A stretch of 62,683 bases of DNA, the filler included, from Atractiella rhizophila (lineage: Eukaryota): assembly GCA_021432655.1 (NCBI GenBank). It is 4 parts of 4 records of this genome, joined end to end, with 100 filler letters (N's around TTAATTAATTAA, not from the genome) between each part and the next. Parts side by side here need not be neighbours in the genome. Positions count along the whole stretch, not along the records: positions 1 to 29,332 come from MU271722.1; positions 29,433 to 58,675 come from MU271723.1; 2 more parts are not named here. The stretch is one strand, 5' to 3'. The position numbers were made by a program, and so were the translations under genes. This document shows positions 24,661 to 36,918 of this stretch, piece by piece; the stretch's first letter is position 1; each line of letters opens with the position of its first letter. The notes under the pieces were generated by a model, which saw only the letters and a program-made list of their open reading frames with translations, was not told where the DNA came from and made no database searches.

Positions 24661-26129
24661 GCTCATAGAATCAGGTTCATCCCAATACACAGCTGAAACT
24701 AGGAAATAAGTATATCATTCGCGCCTGCTGGGAGTAAGGAACAATAGCTACTATCCCGAGATTCTTGTGAAGGACGAAAGAGAACGAACTCTTTGAGCGC
24801 GTTCGCAAACAGTGTGAGGATCATGTCTTGGTAGATGGATGAGCAGTCCGCTGGCGACGAAGAAGACGAATGCAATGATCCATCTAGACAACATGCAACA
24901 CGTCAGCCTCGGCTGCAGTTTGGTAAGACATAGGATGGGAACGAGGGCTGAGGTTGACATACTAAGGTTCCCAAGTGGTAAGGCATTTTCGAACCGTCCT
25001 TCCAAGTCCTTCCACGCAATTCTCTCCCATTCACCCCTGCAAAGTGAAGTCTCTAATGACCATCCAATCATTTTCGTCTACCCGTTATCCATATCCTTAT
25101 TACAAAACACACTATAGGGGATAAATCTTAGTTTGCGAGTCCGTGGAGGAACGAGTGTGATGCTGCCAGCAGATTTGAGGAAGGTCTCCTTCCGACTGGC
25201 CCATTGAATCCACGAATAAGTTGAGAGTGATGTTAACACATTGACGCATTCGTAACAGCCTCACGCCTGTCCCTCCTGTCTGGAGGCGGAGTGCCAGACT
25301 GGAGTAGGAGGGAACCAGGGTCCACGAGGAGGAAGACCCGTACGATAGCTCGAGTGTAGACACGGAGGATGAGGCAGAACTCTTCATTGTGGAGGGAAAG
25401 GTGTGATGCTGGGTGGTGTCGCACTACCCAAATCTGCTCCATTCCGAAGCGGAAGGGATTTGGTGTAGGAGAACAGCGACCTTGTTGGTGGGACAATCGG
25501 ATTGGCTTGGAGAGGCTACCGTAGGTGCCTGGCTTCTGTTACTTCTGCTTCTTCGGCTCAGGATCTGTTTTGTATGTCGGAGGGGGTCATAGGGTGAGCG
25601 GAATGGGTCGACAAAGGCCATGCGGGGGATGCGGTTGGAGAGACAATTTGTTTTATGGCCGTACACGGAATTGATGGCTGTGGATGGAGAGGTAGCGGGA
25701 AGGAGGAATCGCCATCAAAAGTTGCTCCTAATCCATGCAAGGTCACTTTCCGAATTCATCTCGTAACAGCGCAACATCAATGCAGACCTGAACAAAAAGA
25801 CGATAATCCGGCGAAAGATGACACTCTGACAAAAGGGCTCGCTAAAGGAGTTGGCGCTGGAGAAGGGGGAGTGTTATATAACCTCTGACAGGAATCGTGA
25901 CGAGGGCATGAGTTCTGATGGATTGTTGAAACATGGAGCTGTTTCGTGCTTTGATATACATTGATATGCGAGTGGCAGCATTGAACCTTGAATGGCAGCA
26001 GGAAGAAGTGTTAGGTGGGCCATCCTTCGAATGGCCTTCGGATGGGCCGCTTGCCAGTGTCTGAGTGCAGCCACTGTCCACTTGTCCTAGAAAATCGTAC
26101 AAACTGTGGAGTTCGTCTTTTCATGCTCC

Positions 26130-27500
26130 TACCCGATCCTACCCCCTGACATATGTGAATATCAGGGGGGAGGCCGGCACTGCTGGCAAGAAGGTGGGAG
26201 CAGTCCTCCCTTTGGAAAATGCGGCAGAGATTCGACAATATCAGCGTCCGCGCCATGCTCCATCGTATCGCATGGGATCAGTATTATGAAGGCGAAAGAG
26301 GGTTAGGTATGGAAGGCTGACAGCAAAGCAGATTACACGTTTCATCCCCATCCCTCATTCGTCGACCAGAGCGCCACCCAATCGTCATCTCATCACATCA
26401 CGCTCGCTAGTACACGTCCTTCCGAAAGAAGCAGCGCCAATGCTGCATTGGTTCTCTTCCATGCCACCTCCCATCTCGACTCCCTTTCCTCCTCTATACC
26501 CTTCTTCAATCCGTCCTCATCCTCTCGTCCTCCCATTTCCTCGACATCACTCTCCATCTCAACATCTGCTCCCGCTTTCCATGAAGTTACCCTCCTCCTC
26601 AATTCCGGAATCCCACCCTCACCTCTCGTAACAAAGTCATTAGAGAATGACAAAGCCCTTCCTCGAATGGTTCCAGCAAGCCGGCTGGGGGAAGTCGGAG
26701 AGATGAATGTCGAAAGTGAAAGTGGGTCGCCGGACGTGTCCTTCGCGAAGTTTTCAAAGTGGAAGGAAGGAGGATAGGGGAGGGCAGGATGTTAGGTGTA
26801 CAGGTTGAGGAGAGAGGCGCCCATGCTAATGTTCTACAGAGAACTGGGGATCGGCTGAGCGATGCCCTGCAGGCGAAAGAGCAGACGGACACTAAGTGGT
26901 GCGATGTTGTCCGCTCCTCTCTCGCACCCCTACGGTTCTCACCCTCCCCAGCGCAGCGCTCCTTCAAACAAAACCTGCCTGCCTTCCTCCTCCGCTTTCT
27001 TCCTCACCAAGCCCACCTCGACTGATCCATCTCGCTGTCCCTCCACCTCCCTCTGCCACCTTCGAAACCGTCTCGTTGGCAAGACTGCTCCATCGACTCT
27101 ATCGGGACAAAAGGGAAGGAGGACGGAGAGGGGAAGAGGAGAGATGCTGCAGCATTCGTTCCACGGTGCACGTAGATCCGCTTCGTGTGGGAGCATTTGC
27201 AGCACATCGAGTGTAGCATGTCCCCCAGCGAAAGTGAAGGCCAAGGTGACGGTATAGAAGGTGTTGGAGTGGAGGTAGGATTTAAGTCTGGAGAGACTCG
27301 GAGGCAGTGGTTGTTGAGGAGTCAAAGAGTGGATCAAATTTGCGTGGGTGAGAATGGTGGGAGGGATGAAGAGGAGCCATGGGTAGTGGTAGGGGAGGAA
27401 GGGAATGGCAGCAGTGGAACAAGTTGCGGTTCAGAAGGTCGAGGCGGCGCGCGGTGGGGGCGAATGGTAGACCTGGCTGGAGAACGTCGGAATCGAGGGG
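26130..27500 (-). pseudogene. Decayed gene fragment, possibly the C-terminus of an SLC12/Vhc1 cation-chloride cotransporter
   Basis: NTFYTVTLA../LGDMLHSM..HTKRIYV and ARTLILSNLC..RTA loosely resemble the fungal Vhc1 C-terminal domain; nonsense codons at 26834-26836 and 26792-26794. Confidence 0.35.
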
Positions 27501-28959
27501 AGACCTTGGCGCTATGGTGCTGAGGAATGAGTAACGCATCGACTTTTGAATGCTTGAATGACGTCGTTGATCCCGCTTTCTGCGCCGCAAAGTTAGCCGC
27601 TCCACTCCTCCCCGGCTTCACCGATCAAGTTCCAAAGCCGCACAAAGTGTCGTCGACATCATGCGGACGATGAACTGATTAACTTATTAATGAAGGAGGA
27701 GTAGACAGGAGGAGTAGATACTGGTAGTATGGTGCGAACCCCTTTCTACGATTGAGCAAGTGCGAACTGCAAGTTAGCCTGGAATCTTCAGCCCTCTTGT
27801 TGGTTTGGTTTATCGGCGACATTAGACTGGTGACGAAGGGGAATAAGGACATGAAGCTGTTCGTGTTTTCCAATTTGTGGGCATAGGAATCTGAAACTTG
27901 CCAGTACACGCTCCTTGATATTGCTCGATGAATGTATGCCAAGCGCCTCTTCCCTCCTTCCCCCTCACTCCCATAACGGATAACTCCACAATGCAGCCGC
28001 TCGCATAAAGCCTACGTATCCCCCGCAAGCGCCAGACCCTCAGTTCCCCCCCTCCATCAAGAAATCCAGAGCCTTCGATTCCGTCGATCACCAAGTCCAA
28101 GATCCGATACTCAAAATACCATTACACACTCGCGCTTGCTGATGACGAGAAAGCAGAGAAGCTCTAGCAGAGTCTCCATTCGGGTAAGTCCTCTCTCGAG
28201 TTGGCAGTGTTGGCCAGAGTTGGAGTGATGGGAACGATTGGGGAAGAATGATAAGTGCACCAAGAGGAGTGTGTTGTGAGGCTTGTTGGACGGGATTATG
28301 TATGTATGCAACATGCACATCGATTCATCATATTTTTCGCACTGAAGTGATGTTACCGAAGAATCTGTGGTCGTTTGGTCGTTTTATCGAGCACACCAGG
28401 CGCAAGGTCTGAAAGCTTTACTTTGGTTGATCTCACTCAAACAATGACTCAATCCGAGAAGAGCGCTGCTATCTCCCCAACTTAGCGGCAGAGCAGGGAA
28501 CCTTGCATGGAAGTATTATATACTAGGCAAAGAGCTCGCCTGCTAGTAAGGAGAGTGTCGCCAGCTCAGGTCCCGAGTTCAATGCACCACTCTTCATTCT
28601 TCAACTCATATGTAAGGCAACAGTAAGAAACTCCAGGCATCCCGTCCTTCCGTCCCATCACGGTTGTTCTTTGAACGACATACATTTAAAATCTCTTACA
28701 TGCGCGCTACCTTTAATCCTTTGGACTCGATCCTAAGAAGAACAAGAGTCCTCATCCCTTTCACTCACGATGCCAGCGGTGTGAATGATGCCTCATTTCG
28801 GATTTGCGGCAAGGCGCCACTCTCTGTTGCCCTATGCAGCAGTTGATGGCCGGTACCTGGTACAATCCCAAATCGTCGCAATCTAAATGGTAGCATGGTG
28901 GGTTCTGTCGTGTCCAGAAACTGAGAGTGAGAGTGACGAGTCCGGAGTCCGACGTCAAG

Positions 28960-29332
28960 CCCCATGGTCCCCACGACTACTCCTCCCTGCCCAGCCTCCG
29001 AAACACCTGACCACTCGCTCGATGCGCACTCTCCCATTGTCCTCCGCGCAATCATGATCTCTTCCTCGCTCCACTCTCCAAAGAATAAACGGACCTCAAG
29101 ATGTTTCCCCATCCCCTCTCCATCAACCCGATTCCCCTTCTCGATCCCCCTCACCGCCAATCCCCAAAGAACCAGCGGATGAGGTCTGGGCAGTCGAACG
29201 AGTCCACCACACAGTACTTGACTGTTACATAATCTATTAATGTGGCAGTTTTGAGCATGCTGAAGAACTTGCACGAAACGAGGTTTGACGTTTCTTCGCC
29301 CCCGTCGAGGATCAGGCGAGTGAGGTGCCTGA
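28960..29332 (-). CDS. LRR/F-box-like family copy C, 3' part; runs into the gap and is probably disrupted
   Basis: Near-identical nucleotide blocks to 23830-24090 (GAGTCCACCACACAGTACTTGA, GAAACGAGGTTTGA.GTTTCTTCGCCCCC). Confidence 0.65.
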
Positions 29333-29432
29333 NNNNNNNNNNNNNNNNNNNNNNNNNNNNNNNNNNNNNNNNNNNNTTAATTAATTAANNNNNNNNNNNN
29401 NNNNNNNNNNNNNNNNNNNNNNNNNNNNNNNN
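29333..29432. other. Scaffold gap with artificial TTAATTAATTAA linker (also at 58720-58731 and 61412-61423)
   Basis: Identical 12-mer centred in three ~100-nt N runs. Confidence 0.97.
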
Positions 29433-31224
29433 AACGGAATAGACATTCTGCTCACATATCAGATGTTTTCTCGAACGGCTAGAGACAAATACAAACCTTC
29501 AAAAACACGTCTCCGACAATCCAATCTGGCGTTCCTGAAGAGCTGGGCAGAGTGAAGAGTCCGCCAACGCACCTGGTCGAAGAGACCTGACCGACGAGGA
29601 AGTCGTCCGCATTAATCGTCCAAGTCGTAGAAGAACCACCGAACTGGAATGCTATGGAGCCGGTAAAGTCACAGGGGACAGTATAGTAGCCTTGAGCACG
29701 AGAGTAAGGAGCAGAACCTGGAATCTGTGCATAGATCGCGGCTACATCGTCAGTAGGGCCAGCAATCAGGGAAGTTCCTCTACAGACAAAGAATAAACAA
29801 TCCGGATGATGAGGTATAGAATGAAGAACTCACGTATCGATGGCTGCGTTTTCGGACTCGACCGAGATGCTGGTACCATCAACCGAGACGCCAGTGACGG
29901 GGATCAACCAGTAAGTTCCCTGGTTCGCAAGTGGCTTTACCCCAATTCATCAATCGGCACCCTCGTTACAGAGCAATCAAAGACTCACATATTGGGTGAT
30001 TTGTCCAGTAAAGAGGTTCGGATCCGTCCCACCGAGCGTCATGAGCCCTCCAGGTTCGGTCAAGTCCCTCTGCCCACTGTTGTCATTGAATCTAGTAAAC
30101 GCAAAAGCGACAACGGGAGAATCCAGCACGCCATCCTCCGCGAGTTGTTGAGCAAGAGGCGTAGCTCTTGAGGCCGCAATGGTTTGGAAAGCCAGGCCCA
30201 TCAGTCCCGAGAGCGGTGAGTTTAGTGTTCCTGAAGCAACGGTATCAGCAACTGCGAAGATTTGATTGGTTATCGTTTGGTTGGCCAGCGAGACGGTATC
30301 TTGTCCTAAAGTGCCGGTTGCGGATCCAGAACCATAGCGGATGCTGAATGACTTGTTGAGGTTCTTAAACGTCGAGCTTGAGGAAGGGTTAAATGTGGTC
30401 ACTCCTGAACACTCCTGAACAACCAGAGTTGCAGGAGGAACCGGCGAGCCAGAGATCAGATGAACCTGTGTCGAGGACGACGAAGAACGTCTGCTGAGGT
30501 GTCCCAAGCGATACTGGGTACAGGCAAAATTAGTACGGTTCGACACTCCTATCATTGGTTCTTCTGCATTTCAATAAATGCAAAATTATGTCTCATTGCA
30601 GGTGTGAGACTTGAACGTTCGTCCCGAATTGATATTATAATCGCGTATATCCACTGCAAAAGACGACGCTTCCATCCATACCTTGATATGTAGAACAAGT
30701 TTCTCAATAGAGAAGAATAGAGGAGGGGCTGTACACCCACTCGGCTTTGAGTGCACGTCCGGATGAATGCAAACCCCTATTCACGCCTTGCTGTCGCCAC
30801 CATAAACCAAATAATCAAATGTAATGAACAAATCCATTCCCTTTCATGGGATCTCTCTCCTCGTCACTTTGCCTGAATCCAAAAAGGAACGAACCAAAAA
30901 CACACCTTGTCCAAAATAGACCGTATCACCCTGATTGAAAAGGTAATCTGCTCCTTTCCCTCTCCTAACTCGCTCCCTCTCCCTCTCCCTCTTACTCATC
31001 CTCCGCTCACTCTCCAGAGCCTTCCCATACTTATCGCCCACACCCTGTCTGAGAGAGTTCATCCAACCATCCATGTCAGTCTGCCTCTTCTTGAGCCGTT
31101 CCCGGCTGCTAGGGCGGTAAATAGGCATGGATATCTTCGCTGCATTTGCTTGTGGAAAGGGTAAAAGGTCGAAGGAGGATGCGAAGAGGAGAAGTGAACT
31201 GATTGTGTTGAAGTTGAAAAGCAT
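29433..31224 (-). CDS. Secreted pepsin-like (A1) aspartic protease; 3' end in gap; frameshifted by a 10-bp duplication
   Basis: Signal peptide MLFNFNTISSLLLFASS; both catalytic motifs VVLDTGSSDLW and AAIDTGTSLIAGP; FSIRYGSGS flap; WIVGDVFLK. Confidence 0.93.
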
Positions 31225-31625
31225 CGTGTAATCTATACTGATGAACTGAAGTCTTTCGTAAAACGATACTGGATAAGGCTAGGCGAAGCGGTTTGAGGGA
31301 AGAGACCAGGAAAGAGACTCTTTTATATAACTTGGCCGGAATAAGGTAATGTAATGTGAGCCAAGATATCCTTGTCGATGACGAATGTCCTCCTTGTCCT
31401 TTCGCCGAAAATCCTCTCCGGGCTAGCCGGACTAAACAAAGCAGCAGAAAAGCAAAAGTAGCTATGCAGTAACTCTAGGGAACTTGCAGAAAGGTCGACA
31501 GCGAATGTGCAGACAGGCGAGTGAACAGGCAGTTGGTTAGATGAATATGGATGATGATTTTGGTTCCGCAAATAAGGCAGCCACGTGACTCAGGAACGAC
31601 CGCGACTTCTTATATTTCACCCTGG

Positions 31626-32878
31626 ATGTCCCTGGATAGCCTTCCACTTGACAGAAAGCGCTGTTTACGTCGAGGCGAGCAATATCTTGTTCTTTTTGAC
31701 GCGTTCTAATAGGCATACAGCTGGATACTCAAGTGCATCTTCCCTCCTCCTTTCGCCCCCTGCAGTGATTGCACACCGCGCAGGACTGCCTGTAGAATCG
31801 ATAAGAGAATGTCTTTCACTTATATCGAAGCCGTTCATTGAGGAAGGAGAAGTGAAGGGAGACGAGGAGGAATGGCTGGGCACGGGAGATGCGGCTTTGG
31901 ATGAGCTTCTAGGTGGTGGATTGAGGATCGGAACTGTACTTGATATCGCTGGAGAAAGGTGTGTGGTTCATTTTGTCTTTAAAAGTGGAATGGGAATGAA
32001 AGTGGGAGGAAAAGTGGGTCGGGAAAGTCAACGTTGGCGGCGCACCTCACCATTGCTACCTCTCAAGCTAATCATTCCTCTCTACTGCTCTTCACAGAGT
32101 CCCGTGCACCACCAATATCCAATTGGGCTTCAATACTCCACCCTTCTCTTCCCAACATAACCACACTAACTGATCGAGTCTCCATCCTCGCCCTCCCCAC
32201 CCTTTCTGTCTTCGAAAACCTACTCGACTTCCGCCTTCACTCCATACTCGCCTCCCTCTCTCCTCCTCCCCGACTTCTAATAATTGATTCGCTCAGCGCA
32301 TTGCTGAGAACGGAATTCGGGACGGGGCCGGGAGAACTGAAGAAGAGAAAAGAGTGTCTCGGCAGGATAGCAGAGGCGCTGGGCCACGCGGCACAAAAGT
32401 TTGGATTGGCAGTGGTGACGGTCAATCAAGTCGCGGACGTATTTGAAAAGCCGATATATGGGCAGCCTATCATCATTCCTTCAGTTGCAGGGACGGGAGG
32501 GAAAGAGGAAATTCCATCCTTGCATGTGGACCACCAGCTTCCGTATTTTGACGGTAGGTCCCTCTCCTTCAATGTTCACTCCACCTCACATTTTCCATCT
32601 GAAAACTACCAGGTCGAACCATTTACACACCACGCACGCACGTCGCACTAGGACCTATCTGGGCTGACCACTGTGACGCTCGGTTGATACTCGCGAGGAC
32701 AGATAGGAAGATGAACGATGGCGAAGGGTCCCTCAAGAGGAGAATGGAGGTCGTCTTTTCGCCGTTTGTGCGTCCAGGAGGCAGGGACTTTGTGATTGAC
32801 GGCGAGGGATTGAGAGTTGTACGAGATGATGATGTACAATGTGCTAAGCAGGGAGAACTGGAAAGCAGTCAGGGTTGA
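31626..32878 (+). CDS. RAD57: Rad51 paralog (Rad57/XRCC3-like), spliced
   Basis: LGTGDAALDELLGGGLRIG; Walker A (GE..GKST, split by an intron); Walker B RLLIIDSL; AVVTVNQVADVF. Confidence 0.8.
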
Positions 32879-33133
32879 CGGATACAGACGAGGGAAGGGT
32901 CGGTTGTTCGTATAGCATGTTCTATTTTTCATTTATGTGGTTGTATTCGTCTGTAACCTCAGCTGAAACGATAGCTCCATCCATTAGAGCTCCGACGTCA
33001 ATTATTGCGCATACTTTGGAATGCAAAACAGGATATGAAACTATTGTAATCAGTTGCAGCTTATAGAAACAAACATGTAATACATCAAGCACAGCATAGC
33101 TCTATCAATAAAACCTTAGCTAATACAACGCCG

Positions 33134-35414
33134 TCAGCTGGGTACACCGAGTTGAAGTGCTTCCCAAGCAGCCAATCCATTCTGCTCGACCCTCCACTTC
33201 GCACCGTTGAGCCAACGAGTCACCAGAGGAACATCGTCCTCCTCACTCCGATCGAGCACGTCAAGGTATCCCTCACCGTCCAGAGCCATAACGCTCCAAC
33301 CGACAACGATCAGTCCTGGTGGCTTCTGGCCCACTTCCTTCATCGCTTCTTCGACATTAGCAAGAGTACTCATGACTGTCCTCGCGTCCTTCATGCCTGC
33401 CCTCTCCACGATCGCGATAGGAAGATGAGGAGGATAAAGTCGAGCATTTCCGCCTAACCTTCCTCCCATTCCTTCCGTGATAGCTTTCACGACCTCTCCG
33501 ATCCTTGCAACGCCCATAAGCATCACCACCGTCTTCTCCCTGTCATAACCCGGGATCTTGACTTCCTTTCCACCTCGTCCAACGCCAGTGCAAATAACAA
33601 CTCCCTCACTTACGCCTCGCTGTGTCAATGGTATACCAGCAAGTAGAGGGCCAGCAAGCGCTGAGGAGAGGCCAGGAACGACGCGCGTCTCTATTCCATG
33701 TTTTCGAAAGTGTAACACTTCCTCTCCGCCTCGTCCGTAAATGTAAGGATCGCCCTGCTTCAACCTGATCACGGTCTTCCCTTCCTTCGCCTCTCGGACC
33801 GCAATTTCCATCAGTTCACTCTGAGCGCCTTCCGCGTTCCCAGGGAACTTCTTCGCGATGACAACTTCCGTGCCTTCAGGGATCAGCTCTAGGATCTCGC
33901 TCGGCACCAGTTTATCGGACAAGACGATCGTGGAAGATGAAGAGGTAGTTAATAATCGATGTGTGAAGACTGGCAGTAGAAGAGGAGATCCGGGTCCAGA
34001 ACCGACGAGGAGAATGACACCTTGCTTTTTCGGCTTCGTAGCGACATGTTGTCCTGGGAAGGGACCGATGGAATGGTGGCGAAGGCTTGGAAGTAAATCT
34101 GTAGATTGTGAAGCCAAAGAAAGAATGCGTGACCTTGCTTCGGTGTCAAAATAAGTCTTAGCGATGTGTTCGAAAGGCCAAAATTCTGATATCTGGGAGA
34201 TCCAACGCATGCGCACTTGGAGGGGATCAGGTTCTGATGAAGCTGAAGAAGCCCTCCTGGCTTTGCATTTCGATGCTGGCACGGGAGACTGTCCGAGTTG
34301 ATGGACAGGCGCATTGAGTGGTGGAGAGAGCGAGAGAGAGACTAGTGATTCTGAATCTTCGATGGATGATGAACTGGAATCGAGCACGAGGCTCGAGGAT
34401 GACGAAGAGGTTTCTGACCGTCTGGTTGTTTGATCTTGTAGTTCCCTCGCCGCCGAACGTAAAAGCCCAACAGCTTCTACCGCTGTACCAATATCATTCG
34501 GAAGAGCCTAAATGATGTTGTGTCAATACCTTGTGATAATTAATACTGCTTGTAAGAGGAGCTTTCTAAATTTTCTCAAGCGAGGTGATTCAAACTGCAT
34601 TCACAAATGGTGCAGGTATATTTGCTTGCCTGGCTCAAAAACATTCTCGGCTGGTAAAAGGAGTAAGAGTTAAAGGAAGGCAGAAATGCAGGGGGGTACG
34701 TAATGCCCAGTAAAGAAATGTGGAATCGTAAAACGAACCAGTTTCTGTCTCTACCTCCCTCTGCAACGGAATGAGAAAGCTCACCTGCTTGATCGTATCA
34801 GCAATTCTCCTCCCGAGTCTACACGCCTTCCGTCCAGTATCAACCGCCACCATCAAACTACTCTTTTGTCTCTCCTCATCATTCTCAACCATCTTCTTCC
34901 TCTCATCGACGACTTCCCATCTAAGCGTAACAGGCCATCCCACCGCACTCAATTCTGGCAAATCCGCAACGGAACACAACACCCTCGTCTCTCGACACGC
35001 TTCTGCGATCGCCTTCGCTGAGTGATAAGGCCGTACGTAAGGGGATGACAAGCTGTTGGGAAAGGGAAGGGTGTCGGTGACGCAGAGAAGGAGAAGAGAA
35101 GAGTAGAAATTCAATGTCCTTAAGAAGATCGCCCATTCCTCAACGGTTTCTGCTTCTGGCACTGGCAGAACAGTTATTTTGCCGTTTTCAGCCGCACCCT
35201 TGAGCACAGGATCCCATTCGCACTCCACTACTTGATGTAGAGGATCTAAGGTTGAATCCTTATTTGCTGATGAACGCAAAGAAGGGATAACCGCGACGCG
35301 ATATCCTGCATCGAGCAAAGCGATGCTCCTATGCCTCGCGAGCGTAGAAGTGCCTATTACTACGGCATAAGAGGGGAAGAGCGGAGAAGGCGAAAGGGAA
35401 AGAAGCAGAGACAT
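33134..35414 (-). CDS. MET1: Uroporphyrinogen-III C-methyltransferase (Met1, siroheme synthesis), spliced
   Basis: [63 protein letters not shown]-terminal dehydrogenase-like exon. Confidence 0.93.
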
Positions 35415-35633
35415 GCTGGTGGATTTGTGAGAAATTCATGGTAAAAGGCGTAAAAAGAGATGGTGTGATCGGTTTTGCTTGCAGGCGGTCGGAGTTGCTG
35501 ATGAGGAAAGTACGTACATTGGAGGTACCAGCACGCGTACTCTGCACCAATATCTTACGCGTTGCATTGGACGACTACACTTCTGCTCAGTGCTTCTGCT
35601 GCCTCTTAACGCTTCAGCAAAGTATTTCTCACA

Positions 35634-36790
35634 ATGGCTCGACGTTGTGCGTACCTTTGTATCTTGAAATCTTGGAAAGTAGAGCTGATGTGACGAATCT
35701 AGACGATTCACGAACCACAATATTCTCTCCCGAAGGGCGCTTGTACCAGGTCGAATACGCCATGGAGGCCATCTCCCACGCCTCTACCGTCGTCGGTATA
35801 CTCGCTCCTGGATCCAAGGGGCTTACGACTCCATCTACGAGCCAAGATCCGACAGACACGAAGGATAAAGATACGAAGATGGAGGTGGAGGGAGGAGATG
35901 GCGCTTTCATTCCAGGAGGAATTGTATTGGCAGCCGAGAAGAAGGTTACGAGCAAGTTGCTGGACAAGGAAGTGAGGGGTACGGGGGAGAAAATTTATTT
36001 GATGAATGAGTGTGTATCCCTTCTCTGCTTCCCTGTCAGCATAGGAGTGTGCGAGGTTGAAGTTCATTCTAATACCCTCTGTTATATCAACAGCCATACA
36101 ATCTCCGGTGTCGCAGGTTTCGCAGCTGATGCCAACAGCTTAATAAACTACTGCCGCTCAGCTTCCCAATCTCACTTGCTCAGTTACAATGAGATCATGC
36201 CGGTGGAACAACTCGTCAAGCGTGTATGCGATTTGAAACAAGGATACACTCAATATGGAGGACTGAGGCCGTTTGGAGTTTCCTTCTTGTTTGGAGGCTG
36301 GGACGAGCATTGGGGATTCCAGTTGTTTGCTAGTGATCCTTCTGGGAATTATTCGTAGGCCGTCCTTCTCTCCATCTCACTCCTTCATACCAGATGTAAA
36401 GGCTAACAAGGGCTGATTGATATTGTGATACCAGGGGATGGAAGGCGACTTGCATTGGCTCAAACAACTCGACTGCCACTAGCCTGTTAAGACAAGATTA
36501 CAAAGACGCGCTCAGCCTCGAAGAGGCCAAATCCTTGGCTGTCAAGGTGCTATCAAAGACGATGGATAGCACATCTCTCGACTCAGAAAAACGTTTGTCT
36601 CCTTCCTTTCATCCCTTTCATTTCAGACTGACATTCTCTGCGTGAACTTCGATGGACAGTGGAATTCGCGACGCTCTCCCTGGATGAGAATGGGAAGCCA
36701 GTCGCGAAGATATTCAGTCCGAAAGAGATTGATGAGCTTTTGAAGAAGGAAGGATTGGGGAAAAAGGAGGAGGAGAAGATGGAGGAATAG
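35634..36790 (+). CDS. PRE9: 20S proteasome subunit alpha-3 (Pre9/PSMA4), spliced
   Basis: [63 protein letters not shown]. Confidence 0.96.
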
Positions 36791-36918
36791 TGTACTCCTC
36801 TTTTCAGATGCAATCAGTAAAGCAAAATCAAGGCATCTCAAACCGTCCTGACACCGTCTTTCACATTGCAAAAGTACACAATTATCTGTATTTGTTCTTC
36901 AACCTTGTACAACCTGCT

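Noticed and set aside
29377..29388. TTAATTAATTAA motif recurring here, at 58720-58731 and at 61412-61423
   Set aside because: Always centred in an N run; an artificial all-frame-stop scaffolding linker, not biology.
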